From Hormoscilla sp. (GTDB taxonomy: Bacteria > Cyanobacteriota > Cyanobacteriia > Cyanobacteriales > Desertifilaceae), in the NCBI GenBank assembly GCA_051439505.1, contig JBFRWI010000166.1, positions 1 through 44,600 on the forward strand: DNA of 44,600 nt, read 5' to 3'. Under the pieces are notes generated by a model. The model was not told the origin of the DNA. It saw nothing but the letters and a program-made list of their open reading frames with translations, and did no database searches. Every line of letters starts with the position of its first letter. Within the stretch, counting starts at the first letter, position 1. This document shows, one piece after another, positions 1 through 9,628 of this stretch. The position numbers and the translations under genes are program-made.

Positions 1-5
1 AAAAT

Positions 6-701
6 ATGTGCGACCAATCCTGTATAGACTTTGCTAACAAAACATTGAAATCAGAAGATGTCAAGGGAAAATCGGTCATAGAGGTCGGTTCTTATGATAT
101 TAACGGCTCCTTGAGGTCAATAGTAGAATCTTTGCAACCTCTCACCTATAAAGGAGTTGACATTGAGATGGGACCGGGTGTTGACGAAGTCTGCAATGCT
201 GAAGATTTACTTACCCATTATGGTACGGAAAAATTTGACCTACTGATTTGTACAGAGGTGATAGAACACGTTAAGAATTGGCGCGAAGTAATTAGCAACT
301 TTAAGAATATTTTGAAACCCGATGGTGTTTTGCTGCTCACGACGAGATCCAAAGGGTTTGCCTATCACAGTGCGCCAGCAGATTACTGGCGGTATCAAGT
401 TTCAGACATGGAAGTGATATTTGGGGATATGATCGTAGAAGTATTACAGAAAGATCCCGAACAACCAGGGGTATTTATAAAAGCAAGAAAGCCCCAATCA
501 TTCCAAGAAAAAAAATTAAGCGATTACGCCCTTTATTCAATTGTTAAGCATAAACGGCTTTTAGAGATAGAAGAGGAAGATATAAATGCGATCGATCGGT
601 ATTGGAATGAAACGGAATTAGCAGTTCGCAGAGTATTATCGAGGATGTTACCCAGATCGACGAAGATGTTTGTCAAGAAAAAGATATTAAGAATAATGTA
701 A
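6..701 (+). CDS. Class I SAM-dependent methyltransferase (polysaccharide cluster)
   Basis: 231-aa ORF; motif I-like VIEVGS, acidic GVDI, and FDLLICTEVIEHV...LKPDGVLLL typical of Methyltransf_11/23. Confidence 0.85.
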   Translation: MCDQSCIDFANKTLKSEDVKGKSVIEVGSYDINGSLRSIVESLQPLTYKGVDIEMGPGVDEVCNAEDLLTHYGTEKFDLLICTEVIEHVKNWREVISNFKNILKPDGVLLLTTRSKGFAYHSAPADYWRYQVSDMEVIFGDMIVEVLQKDPEQPGVFIKARKPQSFQEKKLSDYALYSIVKHKRLLEIEEEDINAIDRYWNETELAVRRVLSRMLPRSTKMFVKKKILRIM

Positions 702-716
702 GGGGGGAAGGCATCA

Positions 717-1886
717 GTGCCAGATAAAAGCCCTTCAAAACCAACGGATTTTCACTTGTGGTTTCCTAATATATTTGGATTTAAAGGGGGAATTCAAGTA
801 TATTCGGCATTTTTACTCCAAGCATTACAGAGTTTATACCCAAATAGTAATTATGAGGTTTTTCTCAAGCATGATACGAGCTCCTCACCAGATATAAATG
901 TCTTAAGCCAGACTAAATTTCATTTTGCTGGTGCTTGGCCCCTATTTCTGAGAACAGCAGCATTTAGTTCCCAACTTCTAGGATATGGGATTTGGCAACA
1001 ACCAGAGTTAGTAATTGCCACTCATCTTAATTTTACAGAAGCGGCTTACTGGCTTCATAGCTTGAGAGGGATTCCCTACTGGGCGATCGCCCACGGGGTA
1101 GAAGCATGGAATATTGAGCGTCCCGCCTTGCAGAAAGCCCTCCATGAGGCCGATCGCCTTCTTGCCGTCAGCAGCTATACCCGCGATCGCCTCCTTCAAG
1201 AACAAAACCTGGATCCAGCAAAAGTCTTACTACTACCCAACACATTCGATCGCGATCGCTTTCAAATTGCCCCCAAACCCCTATACTTACTGAAACGCTA
1301 TGGTTTATCTCCCGAGCAAAAGATAATATTAACTGTGGGGCGTCTGGATAGTCAAGAGCAATATAAAGGCTATGACCGCGTACTCAGAGCGTTACCTACT
1401 ATAATAGAATATATTCCCCAGGTTCATTATCTGATTGTGGGGAAGGGGGACGATCGCCCCCGCGTGGAACAACTGATTCAACAACTCAATTTGCAACATC
1501 ACGTCACCTTAGCTGGCTTTATTCCCGACTCAGAACTATGTGACCACTATAATTTATGTGATGTATTTGCCATGCCCAGCAAAGGAGAAGGGTTTGGTAT
1601 TGTGTATCTGGAAGCCTTAGGCTGTGGTAAACCTACCTTGGGAGGAAACCAGGATGGGGCCATTGATGCCCTGTGTCATGGTAAGCTGGGGGCTTTGGTT
1701 AATCCTGATGATGTAAGCGCGATCTCCCAAACCATCATTCAGATATTGCAGGGCACCTATCCCAACCAGCTGATGTATCAGCCGGCAGGATTACGTCAGC
1801 AAGTGATTGATATTTTTGGATTTGATCGCTTTCAGCAAACCTTAGCGGAAATAATGCAAAACTATCTGATGGGAGGTAGTGAGTGA
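717..1886 (+). CDS. GT4 glycosyltransferase
   Basis: GTG start; N-terminal GGIQ loop, TVGRL..YKG, and EGFGIVYLEALGCG (EX7E) motif. Confidence 0.92.
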   Translation: MPDKSPSKPTDFHLWFPNIFGFKGGIQVYSAFLLQALQSLYPNSNYEVFLKHDTSSSPDINVLSQTKFHFAGAWPLFLRTAAFSSQLLGYGIWQQPELVIATHLNFTEAAYWLHSLRGIPYWAIAHGVEAWNIERPALQKALHEADRLLAVSSYTRDRLLQEQNLDPAKVLLLPNTFDRDRFQIAPKPLYLLKRYGLSPEQKIILTVGRLDSQEQYKGYDRVLRALPTIIEYIPQVHYLIVGKGDDRPRVEQLIQQLNLQHHVTLAGFIPDSELCDHYNLCDVFAMPSKGEGFGIVYLEALGCGKPTLGGNQDGAIDALCHGKLGALVNPDDVSAISQTIIQILQGTYPNQLMYQPAGLRQQVIDIFGFDRFQQTLAEIMQNYLMGGSE

Positions 1887-3109
1887 AAGTCCTGCATGTT
1901 ATCCCTTCCCTATCTCCCAGTCGCGGGGGCCCCACTAAAGTAGCCCTAAATCTGGTGAAAACATTGAGGGAATGTGGGGTTGACGCTGAAATTGCCACCA
2001 CAAATGATAATGGAGCTGAAAACGCTCAACTGCTAGATGTGCCATTAAACCAGCGCACTGAGTATCAGGGAGTGCCAGTCTGGTTTTTACCTCTGTTTTC
2101 TTCACCCAGTAAAGGAGTGTCAGTGGGGAGAGATAGAGGATTTATGTTTTCAGCAGCTCTCACTCGCTGGCTCTGGCAACATATCCGAGACTATGACATT
2201 CTGGACAACCACTATCTGTTTTCCTATGCTTCTACCTGTGCAGGGGCGATCGCCCGCTGGCAAAAGGTTCCCTACACGGTCCGTACTATGGGACAACTCG
2301 CGCCTTGGGCCTTAGCCCAGAGTAAGCGGAAAAAACAACTATATAGCTATATAATAGAGCGCCATAATATAAATCATGCCGCAGCAGTCCATTGTACATC
2401 TGCCGGTGAAGCAGAAGACGTGGGTAACTTTGGCATCACTGCCCCTACCATAACCCTGCCTTTGGGGGTGGATCCGCAGATTGAATTGCCAGATGCTCCA
2501 CAGAAGCTACGCCAAATCTACAACATAGCTCCAGAAACGCCAGTGGTGCTGTTTCTCTCTCGCCTGCATTATAAAAAGCGTCCCGATCTGCTGATTGAGG
2601 CACTCCACCGGCTAAAGAATGAAAAGCATGACTTTCACCTGATCTTGGCGGGTTCAGGAGAAACAGACTATCTCAACTACTTGACTAAATTATTGTCATC
2701 TCTTGGTTTAGCCTCTCAGACCTCAACTCCTGGTTTTGTCAGCGGTAAAGATAAAGATTTGTTGCTACAAGGGTCAGATATCTTTGTCCTGCCATCTTTT
2801 TCGGAAAATTTCGGGATCGCTGTTGCTGAGGCCCTGGCTGCTGGTCTGCCGGCCATCGTGACGCCTGATGTGCAAATAGCGTCCGAAATTGCTGCATCTG
2901 ACGCTGGTGTAGTAATAGAGGGAAATGTTGACGCTTTGGCAGGGGCGATCGCTCAGTTGCTATCGGACCCAAACCACCGGTATAAATTAGGGAAAAATGC
3001 TGCTAAACTGGCGAGTGATCGCTATTCTTGGGAGGCGATCGCCCCTCAGCTAGCTGATATTTACACCTCCATTATTCAACGGCAACCCCTTCTCAATTGC
3101 TCAACATAA
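1883..3109 (+). CDS. GT4 glycosyltransferase
   Basis: MKVLHVIP..GGP start, LFLSRLHYKK, ENFGIAVAEALAAG; overlaps the upstream stop (GTGA). Confidence 0.92.
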   Translation: MKVLHVIPSLSPSRGGPTKVALNLVKTLRECGVDAEIATTNDNGAENAQLLDVPLNQRTEYQGVPVWFLPLFSSPSKGVSVGRDRGFMFSAALTRWLWQHIRDYDILDNHYLFSYASTCAGAIARWQKVPYTVRTMGQLAPWALAQSKRKKQLYSYIIERHNINHAAAVHCTSAGEAEDVGNFGITAPTITLPLGVDPQIELPDAPQKLRQIYNIAPETPVVLFLSRLHYKKRPDLLIEALHRLKNEKHDFHLILAGSGETDYLNYLTKLLSSLGLASQTSTPGFVSGKDKDLLLQGSDIFVLPSFSENFGIAVAEALAAGLPAIVTPDVQIASEIAASDAGVVIEGNVDALAGAIAQLLSDPNHRYKLGKNAAKLASDRYSWEAIAPQLADIYTSIIQRQPLLNCST

Positions 3110-3157
3110 TGAAATTGAGAGGATATAATAGTTGGAAAAAATTAAAATAATCAATTT

Positions 3158-3886
3158 ATGTCCTACTCTCAACGCCTACTCCAACAGGGAAATAGTCTGA
3201 CTCGTCTAGCACATCGATCGCGCTTTACGGTTGTGCTAGATGCTATTGGCAACACTCGCTACACCAAGGCCCTAGATTTCGGATGCGGTGACGGGTGGCT
3301 ACTCAGAACGGCTTACGATCGGGGAATTATAACTTCGGGAATAGGTGTAGATCTGGCTCCAAACATGATATCGGCTTGCCAAGTCAATTTTGCAGATGTA
3401 CCAGGCTTTGAGTTTTGCCAGCCTCAGGAAATATCCCAAAAAGTATTACCCCAAAGTTGCGATCTAATTTTTTGCACCGAAACCCTGGAACATGTCGAAA
3501 ATCCAGAAAAAATCCTAGACATAATTTTACCTTATTGCCAGTCCGGTGCCAAGGTCGTTATTTCTGTGCCCATTGAAATTGGTCCCTCACTGATAGCCAA
3601 GCAAATAGGACGCTACTTTGCCAATATAAAAGGAGGTTATGGTTACGAACGCTACCGTCCTAGTGAATTATTTTCAGCGGCAGTTCTTTGGGATGCCAGC
3701 AGCTTTCCCTCGTCTCATTCGACCCAGACATCGCACAAAGCCCATAAGGGATTCGATTATCGCCAACTATACGCCTTATTACAGCAAAAAGTTAAGATAG
3801 AGCAACAATTATTTTCTCCCTTTCCCTGGCTTGGAAATTGGTTAAATAGTACGGTAGTTTGGATTGGTAGGGTTGAAGCTAAATAA
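3158..3886 (+). CDS. Class I SAM-dependent methyltransferase
   Basis: ALDFGCGDG motif I, GVD, DLIFCTETLEHV. Confidence 0.88.
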   Translation: MSYSQRLLQQGNSLTRLAHRSRFTVVLDAIGNTRYTKALDFGCGDGWLLRTAYDRGIITSGIGVDLAPNMISACQVNFADVPGFEFCQPQEISQKVLPQSCDLIFCTETLEHVENPEKILDIILPYCQSGAKVVISVPIEIGPSLIAKQIGRYFANIKGGYGYERYRPSELFSAAVLWDASSFPSSHSTQTSHKAHKGFDYRQLYALLQQKVKIEQQLFSPFPWLGNWLNSTVVWIGRVEAK

Positions 3887-3918
3887 AGATATTAATTAAT
3901 TAAAATGAATCTCTGGCA

Positions 3919-4605
3919 ATGACTATGAAAAAGGAAAGAAAAAAAGAGGATATTTTATTACATATAGGCTGCGGTTTGGAAGTAGTGGAAGGATGGGAAA
4001 ATATAGATGCTTCACCCAGTTTAAAAATATCAAAAATTCCGCTGATTGGACGACCATTAGTATCGATGATGGGGGGACCAAACTGGTCAAAAAAAGCCAA
4101 GTGTGGCGATCTACTAAAAGGTCTGAGTATTGCTCCCGGTAGTTGTACCCTAATGTATGCCTCACATGTTTTTGAACACTTGAGTATTGCTGACTTTTAT
4201 GTTGCCTTAGAAAAGGTTTATTTATACTTAAAACCTGGAGGCATATTAAGAATAATTGTTCCTGACCTAGAAAAATATATAGAAGCCTACATCAAGAATA
4301 GGTCTGACAAGGAGTTAGCAACCAAAGCTGCCACTGATTTTATGCATCATTCATGGATCGGACACCAAGGAAGCCGCCGCAGTTTTGATCGCCGACTTCG
4401 GGAAGCATTCTCCAACCACAGACACCAATGGATGTGGGACGAACCATCCCTGAAAAACGCTTTGGCTAAACAGGGTTTTATTAATATTCGTAGGTGCAAT
4501 TATAGGGAATGGTCTGACCCGCGATTTGCAGCAGTTGAGAAAGAAATTAGACATGCAGATTCAGTTTGTATCGAAGGAATCAAGCCCAGAGAATCTGAGA
4601 GATGA
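3919..4605 (+). CDS. Methyltransferase-domain protein
   Basis: LHIGCG..GWENID, YASHVFEHL, LKPGGILRIIVPD, H.WMWD: the pattern of EPS-associated methyltransferases. Confidence 0.85.
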   Translation: MTMKKERKKEDILLHIGCGLEVVEGWENIDASPSLKISKIPLIGRPLVSMMGGPNWSKKAKCGDLLKGLSIAPGSCTLMYASHVFEHLSIADFYVALEKVYLYLKPGGILRIIVPDLEKYIEAYIKNRSDKELATKAATDFMHHSWIGHQGSRRSFDRRLREAFSNHRHQWMWDEPSLKNALAKQGFINIRRCNYREWSDPRFAAVEKEIRHADSVCIEGIKPRESER

Positions 4606-5576
4606 AATGGTCAGCAAAATACAAAGTAGCGGGTGGTATAATAGCGGTATTGGCAGCTACAGAATTAACCCTCCGACTAGCTTTGGGATTGGGAAACCCC
4701 GTTCTCGTTCAAGCTGACCCCAACTCTGGCTATCGGTTTCAACCGAACCAGAAAGTTTGGCGCTTTGGTAAAACCATAGAGTATAATCAATATTCTCAAC
4801 GATCGGAGCCGATCGCCCCCCAAAAGCCTCCAGGAACCTTGAGAATATTGATGACCGGTGACTCTGTACTCAATGGCGGCAATCCTACGGATCAGCCTCG
4901 CACGATTACAGAAATATTTGAGGGTAGATTATCAGCATCTGGACGCGGGGCAGAAGTCCTCAACGCTTCTGCTGGATCTTGGGGAATTGGCAACCAATTA
5001 GGATATTTGCGGAAATTTGGGACTTTTGGCAGCGATGCTGTCATTATCCAAATTGGCACCCACGATATGCTCCAGCCTACTAGCACCAGTGAGGCTGTTG
5101 GCTCCATCTATTTTCCCAACCAACAGCCAATACTGGCAATCCAAGAAGCTTGGACGCGCTATGCATGGCCGAGAATCGCCGGTAAATTAAAGCTCAATTC
5201 ACCAACATCGGAGATTCCGGCTGCGTCCATAGATCCCAACCAGCAGTTCGAGCAAAATATGCAGCTGTTAAAGGCGATCGTGACTTTGGTTCGCGAGCAA
5301 CAGACGCCCGTGTTTGTGCTGTTCACGCCCGATCGCGCTGATTTGCTGCCCAGCTATCGGGTGCCGGCATACAAGGCAGAGTTTTTCGATCGCCTCTCGG
5401 ACTGGCAGGTTCCGGTGGTGGATAGCCATGCTGCTTGGTCAACGGAGCCCACAGGTACAGTAGAAACCTATTTTAGAGACATAGTACATCTTTCCGAGAC
5501 TGGCAATCAAGCGGTAGCTGACTTGCTATTTCGGCAACTTTGCTCCCCAAACCAGTTGCCAGCTTGTATGCCATGA
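4602..5576 (+). CDS. SGNH/GDSL hydrolase family protein with N-terminal membrane anchor
   Basis: GDSV block I, GTHD block III, D-I-V-H (DxxH) block V; hydrophobic N-terminus. Confidence 0.85.
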   Translation: MKWSAKYKVAGGIIAVLAATELTLRLALGLGNPVLVQADPNSGYRFQPNQKVWRFGKTIEYNQYSQRSEPIAPQKPPGTLRILMTGDSVLNGGNPTDQPRTITEIFEGRLSASGRGAEVLNASAGSWGIGNQLGYLRKFGTFGSDAVIIQIGTHDMLQPTSTSEAVGSIYFPNQQPILAIQEAWTRYAWPRIAGKLKLNSPTSEIPAASIDPNQQFEQNMQLLKAIVTLVREQQTPVFVLFTPDRADLLPSYRVPAYKAEFFDRLSDWQVPVVDSHAAWSTEPTGTVETYFRDIVHLSETGNQAVADLLFRQLCSPNQLPACMP

Positions 5577-5802
5577 TTTTTCAGGAAGAAAAGCCTTTAC
5601 TGGAATCGGACTCAGGCTCTTTGAAGTTAAATATTGTCAGCCCTTAGTGATGGGCGTGAATCGTTTATCTAGGTTTTTGACCCGATTTTCGGTTTGATGA
5701 GGCATCATAGATAAAAGTGGTCAGCTCCACCATCCGATCGGCGCTCAAAGCTGATTGTTGAAGGCTGATTGCTGAATTTTACTATCAAGGAGGAACAATA
5801 AG

Positions 5803-7104
5803 TTGCACCAGTCCTTTACTCAACACCCTGACCTGATGATGACCGAAAACGGAAAGCTGCCAACTCTTCCGATTAGATTGTCAATTATTACCCAATTTTA
5901 TCCGCCTGACTATGCGGCGACTGGGCAACTGATTGAAGAGTTGGCGACTAATTTAGGACATCAAGGCATGCAAGTTCGTATTTTTACTGGACAACCGGGT
6001 TACGCTTTCGGTCAAAGTTATGCTCCTCCGATTGAACGATCGGAAAAACTCTTGGTGAGGCGATCGCGATCGACCCGTTTTTTGTCCGATCGCATTCGCG
6101 GCAAGGCTCTCAACGGTATTTTATTTTGTTTACGGGCGGGATTACATCTGCTGAAAACTGCTAGTCGTGGTGATATTTTACTATTAACAACTGCGCCCCC
6201 TTTCTTACCAATACTGGGCTATTTAGCTAATTTATGCTTTGGCGTGCCTTACGTTTGTTTATTATATGATTTATATCCTGATGTTGCCGTACAGCTCAAA
6301 GTTGTACCTCCTCATAATTTGATTGTACGGCTGTGGAATTTCATTAACTCTCTAATCTGGAAAAGGGCTCAGGCAGTTATTGTTCTCAGCTCGACTATGA
6401 AGGATATAGTGGTGGAAAAATGCCCAGATGTTGCTGACAGAATTTCTGTGATTCATAGCTGGGCTAATCATAAGGCGATCGTCCCCATTCCCAAGCAACA
6501 AAACTGGTTTGCCCATCGATACAATCTGCTTGACAAATTTACTGTCCTTTATTCTGGCAACATGGGTCGTTGTCACGATATGGACACGATTTTAGATGCT
6601 GCCGAGCAGCTGCAAGACGAACCCATCCAGTTTGTCTTCATCGGCAATGGTGCTAAACATAAAGCTGTTACAGAACGGGTAGACGCGCTGGGGTTGAGTA
6701 ACTGCCTCTTTTTGCCGTACCAAGATAAAAAGAGTCTTCCTTACTCGCTGACTTCCTGTGACCTTTCTTTAGTCAGCATTATTCCTGGCATGGAAGGATT
6801 GGTGGCTCCAAGCAAGCTTTATGGAATTTTAGCTGCTGGGCGTCCTGTTGCTGCGATCTGCGAACCCCATTCTTATTTACGCGATCTGATCGCTGAGGCT
6901 AACTGCGGTGAGACTTTCGATAATGGGGATGCTTCGGGTTTGGCTGATTTTATTCGACGCTTGGCTTCAGACTCTCAGTTGACAAATATCCTGGGTAGGA
7001 ATGGTCGCAGTTACCTCCAGTCAAATTTTACTGCTCAGATTATTGCCCAAAAGTATTGGCGGGTTTTGTACGCTAGCTATTTGTCCAAAGTCCTCTTACA
7101 TTAG
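5803..7104 (+). CDS. GT4 glycosyltransferase, WcaI/WbuB-like
   Basis: ITQFYPPD.AATGQL, YSGNMG..HD, PSKLYGILAAGRP; TTG start preceded by AGGAGG. Confidence 0.9.
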   Translation: MHQSFTQHPDLMMTENGKLPTLPIRLSIITQFYPPDYAATGQLIEELATNLGHQGMQVRIFTGQPGYAFGQSYAPPIERSEKLLVRRSRSTRFLSDRIRGKALNGILFCLRAGLHLLKTASRGDILLLTTAPPFLPILGYLANLCFGVPYVCLLYDLYPDVAVQLKVVPPHNLIVRLWNFINSLIWKRAQAVIVLSSTMKDIVVEKCPDVADRISVIHSWANHKAIVPIPKQQNWFAHRYNLLDKFTVLYSGNMGRCHDMDTILDAAEQLQDEPIQFVFIGNGAKHKAVTERVDALGLSNCLFLPYQDKKSLPYSLTSCDLSLVSIIPGMEGLVAPSKLYGILAAGRPVAAICEPHSYLRDLIAEANCGETFDNGDASGLADFIRRLASDSQLTNILGRNGRSYLQSNFTAQIIAQKYWRVLYASYLSKVLLH

Positions 7105-7155
7105 TAGATTGTCAATCACAAATGACGACTTTCAGCTAGCATCTGTCATCTGGTA

Positions 7156-7290
7156 GCTACTAGCTGCTTATTATCGGTAACCGATAATAGTAATCTGCTC
7201 CGCTTGTCTGTCCTTTAGCTACTAGCTGCTTATTATCGGTTAGGACTGTAGTACCGATAATAGTAATCTGCTCCGCTTGTCTGTCCTTTA
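7156..7290 (-). repeat. Tandem duplication of the wzc 3' end (copies 7218-7290 and 7156-7217; the second has an 11-bp deletion)
   Basis: GCTACTAGCTGCTTATTATCGGT...ACCGATAATAGTAATCTGCTCCGCTTGTCTGTCCTTTA occurs twice back to back. Confidence 0.95.
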
Positions 7291-9521
7291 ACGCCGTTAG
7301 CAATCATTCCTAAGACTGAAACATAGGATATTTTCAGGTTATCTAATACCTGATTCAGCTCGGAACGACCGGTTTTCTCCATTCCTACCACTAGAACCAT
7401 GCCATCGGCACGGGTAGCTAGTATGCTGCCGTCTGCTAATCCGAGACTGGGTGGGGTGTCGTAGATGGTTAAATCGAAGGCGTTTTGGAATTGCTCCACT
7501 AGGTTTTGCATCTTTCTCGACGAGAGGATCTTGATCGGGTCTGGCGGGATCTGACCTGCTGTGAGTACAAACAGGTTTTCGTCGAAGGGCGATCGCTGAA
7601 TTACTTCATTGGGGTCTATCTCTGTGGTAATTACATTACTCAGACCCCGCATATTCGGCAAGCCCATCCTGTCATGTATTTGAGGATTACGCATGTCTGA
7701 GTCTACCAATAAGACCCGCTGACCCATTGCCGCCGCCGATCGGGCTAGAAACAGGGCTACTGTGGATTTCCCTTCTGCTGGTAAACAGGAGCTGATTACT
7801 AAGGAGCGGATGGGTGAATCTGAACTGAGAAAGCGAATATTAGTATACAGCGTGCGGAATGCTTCTAAAAATGGTGACGAACCGTAATTATGCTTCCTGT
7901 TTACATTGGTTAATCGAGTCTGTTGGACAACCGATCGGGTAATGACGCTGCCATTGCCAATTTCCCCAGAATGGGAAGCGGCTCGATCCACACTACCTAG
8001 GGATTTGGTGAATTGTTTGAGTCGCCGCTTGAAGGGGATCGTCCCCAAAAGTGGCAGTCCTGTCAGTTCTTTGATTTCGTTAGGAGAATGGAATGCGTTG
8101 TCCAGTTGCTCACTCAGCAATGCAGCTCCTATCCCCAATAACAACCCCGCGATCGCGCCTAGGGCTATGCCCCTGGGTATATTCGGCGATATCGCTCCTG
8201 TTGGCAGGAAAGGTTCGCTAATCACTTGCCAGGATATTGCTTTCTGAGCAGCTTCTATCTGCAAGGTTTCCCGGGTTGCGAGGAATCGATCCAGACTGTT
8301 ATTTGCTACCTCTAATCTTCGCTGTAAGTCAGTGTACTGTCGTGCCAGAGAAGGGATGAGGCTAAATTCTTCCTTGAGACTTTTTTCTACCTGCTCTAGG
8401 GCTCCTAAGCGCACTTGCAACACTTGCAACTGGTTAGTTGTTTGCACCAATTGCTTGCTCAGTTCTATAGAAATTGGTGCCAGATTCCCAGTCGTACTGG
8501 ACGACTGCTGAGAGCCCAGAATGCGTTCAGATTCCCTATTTATCAGCGGTAACAACCTTGAGCGCTTCTCTAGCAGCACTTCTATATTGGGGCTATCTGG
8601 CTGAAATCGCACTGATTCTGCGGCTATCTCTGTTTCGATTTGTAGCAACTGGTTGAGTAAGCTCTGATAGCGCCCAGACTCACTCAGGGCTGAGGCTGCG
8701 AATGCTTCTGCTGGACTGGAGCCCAACTGTCTTTGCAGGATTACGTAAAGGGACTGGGTCTCTGCCAGTTGAGTTTGTGCTTCCTTTTGCTGTTGCTGAA
8801 TGGCCGCGAGCAGACCAGATATGGAGTTGCCACGTGTCTCTGGATCTATCAGGCTATATCGCTTTCTAAACTCCTCTAGTTCAATTTGCAGGCTATCGAC
8901 CCGTTCTTCTAATATTGGCAGCTGCTGCTCGACAAATTCCACTACCCTTTTGAGGTTTTGCTGTCGCAGCTCTATTCCATACTCCACATACCGTTCTAGC
9001 AATTTATCCAATACTAGCTTGATTTTTTGCGGGTCTGAATCTTCGTAGCTGATGTTTAATATTTTTGTCAGCCGGCCAACTGCATCCTCCCCTTGCGCTA
9101 TTGATAGGTTACTTGCCAGTTCCCCATAGCTAATTTCTGGGTATGTCTCCTGCAAGGCAGATACTACGGACTCTAACTGCTTCGGAGAGCGCAGCACTTC
9201 TATCTGGGTAGCGTAGTCAAAGCCTGGTGGAAACCCCAATCTCAACAAATTTCTTGAGGTATTGTCTTCGGATATGGGTTCCACCAGCATGCGAAAATTC
9301 GCCTGGTAAACTGGGGGGCGAGTCCAAGTCCACCAGCCTATGCCACCGGTTACCACTGCTGCTACACCCACAAGTACCAACCCCCGTCTCCGGAGAATGT
9401 TTAGTATCTGTTTCGGGTCGAATTCTTCATTTTTCTCCAGGATCTGAGTCTGGTATAAACTCAGGTTCGTCGGCTTATGCCCATTGCGTTGACTTACTTT
9501 CGGGGTTGTTCCAGCTTGCAT
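7233..9521 (-). CDS. wzc: Polysaccharide co-polymerase / BY-kinase (Wzc/GumC family)
   Basis: Two TM segments flanking a coiled periplasmic region; EAFRTL, Walker A-like PAEGKST, LLVDSDMR, YDTPP; C-terminal tyrosine cluster DYYYRYY. Confidence 0.93.
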   Translation of the reverse strand: MQAGTTPKVSQRNGHKPTNLSLYQTQILEKNEEFDPKQILNILRRRGLVLVGVAAVVTGGIGWWTWTRPPVYQANFRMLVEPISEDNTSRNLLRLGFPPGFDYATQIEVLRSPKQLESVVSALQETYPEISYGELASNLSIAQGEDAVGRLTKILNISYEDSDPQKIKLVLDKLLERYVEYGIELRQQNLKRVVEFVEQQLPILEERVDSLQIELEEFRKRYSLIDPETRGNSISGLLAAIQQQQKEAQTQLAETQSLYVILQRQLGSSPAEAFAASALSESGRYQSLLNQLLQIETEIAAESVRFQPDSPNIEVLLEKRSRLLPLINRESERILGSQQSSSTTGNLAPISIELSKQLVQTTNQLQVLQVRLGALEQVEKSLKEEFSLIPSLARQYTDLQRRLEVANNSLDRFLATRETLQIEAAQKAISWQVISEPFLPTGAISPNIPRGIALGAIAGLLLGIGAALLSEQLDNAFHSPNEIKELTGLPLLGTIPFKRRLKQFTKSLGSVDRAASHSGEIGNGSVITRSVVQQTRLTNVNRKHNYGSSPFLEAFRTLYTNIRFLSSDSPIRSLVISSCLPAEGKSTVALFLARSAAAMGQRVLLVDSDMRNPQIHDRMGLPNMRGLSNVITTEIDPNEVIQRSPFDENLFVLTAGQIPPDPIKILSSRKMQNLVEQFQNAFDLTIYDTPPSLGLADGSILATRADGMVLVVGMEKTGRSELNQVLDNLKISYVSVLGMIANGVKGQTSGADYYYRYYSPNR

Positions 9522-9628
9522 GATTTATATCTATTAGTTTACTGTCTTTTCCCAACCATTCCAACAAATACCTGACACTATCTTAGTCATTGGAGCACTT
9601 CACCTGCGAATAAGCGCAGTAATCTCAT

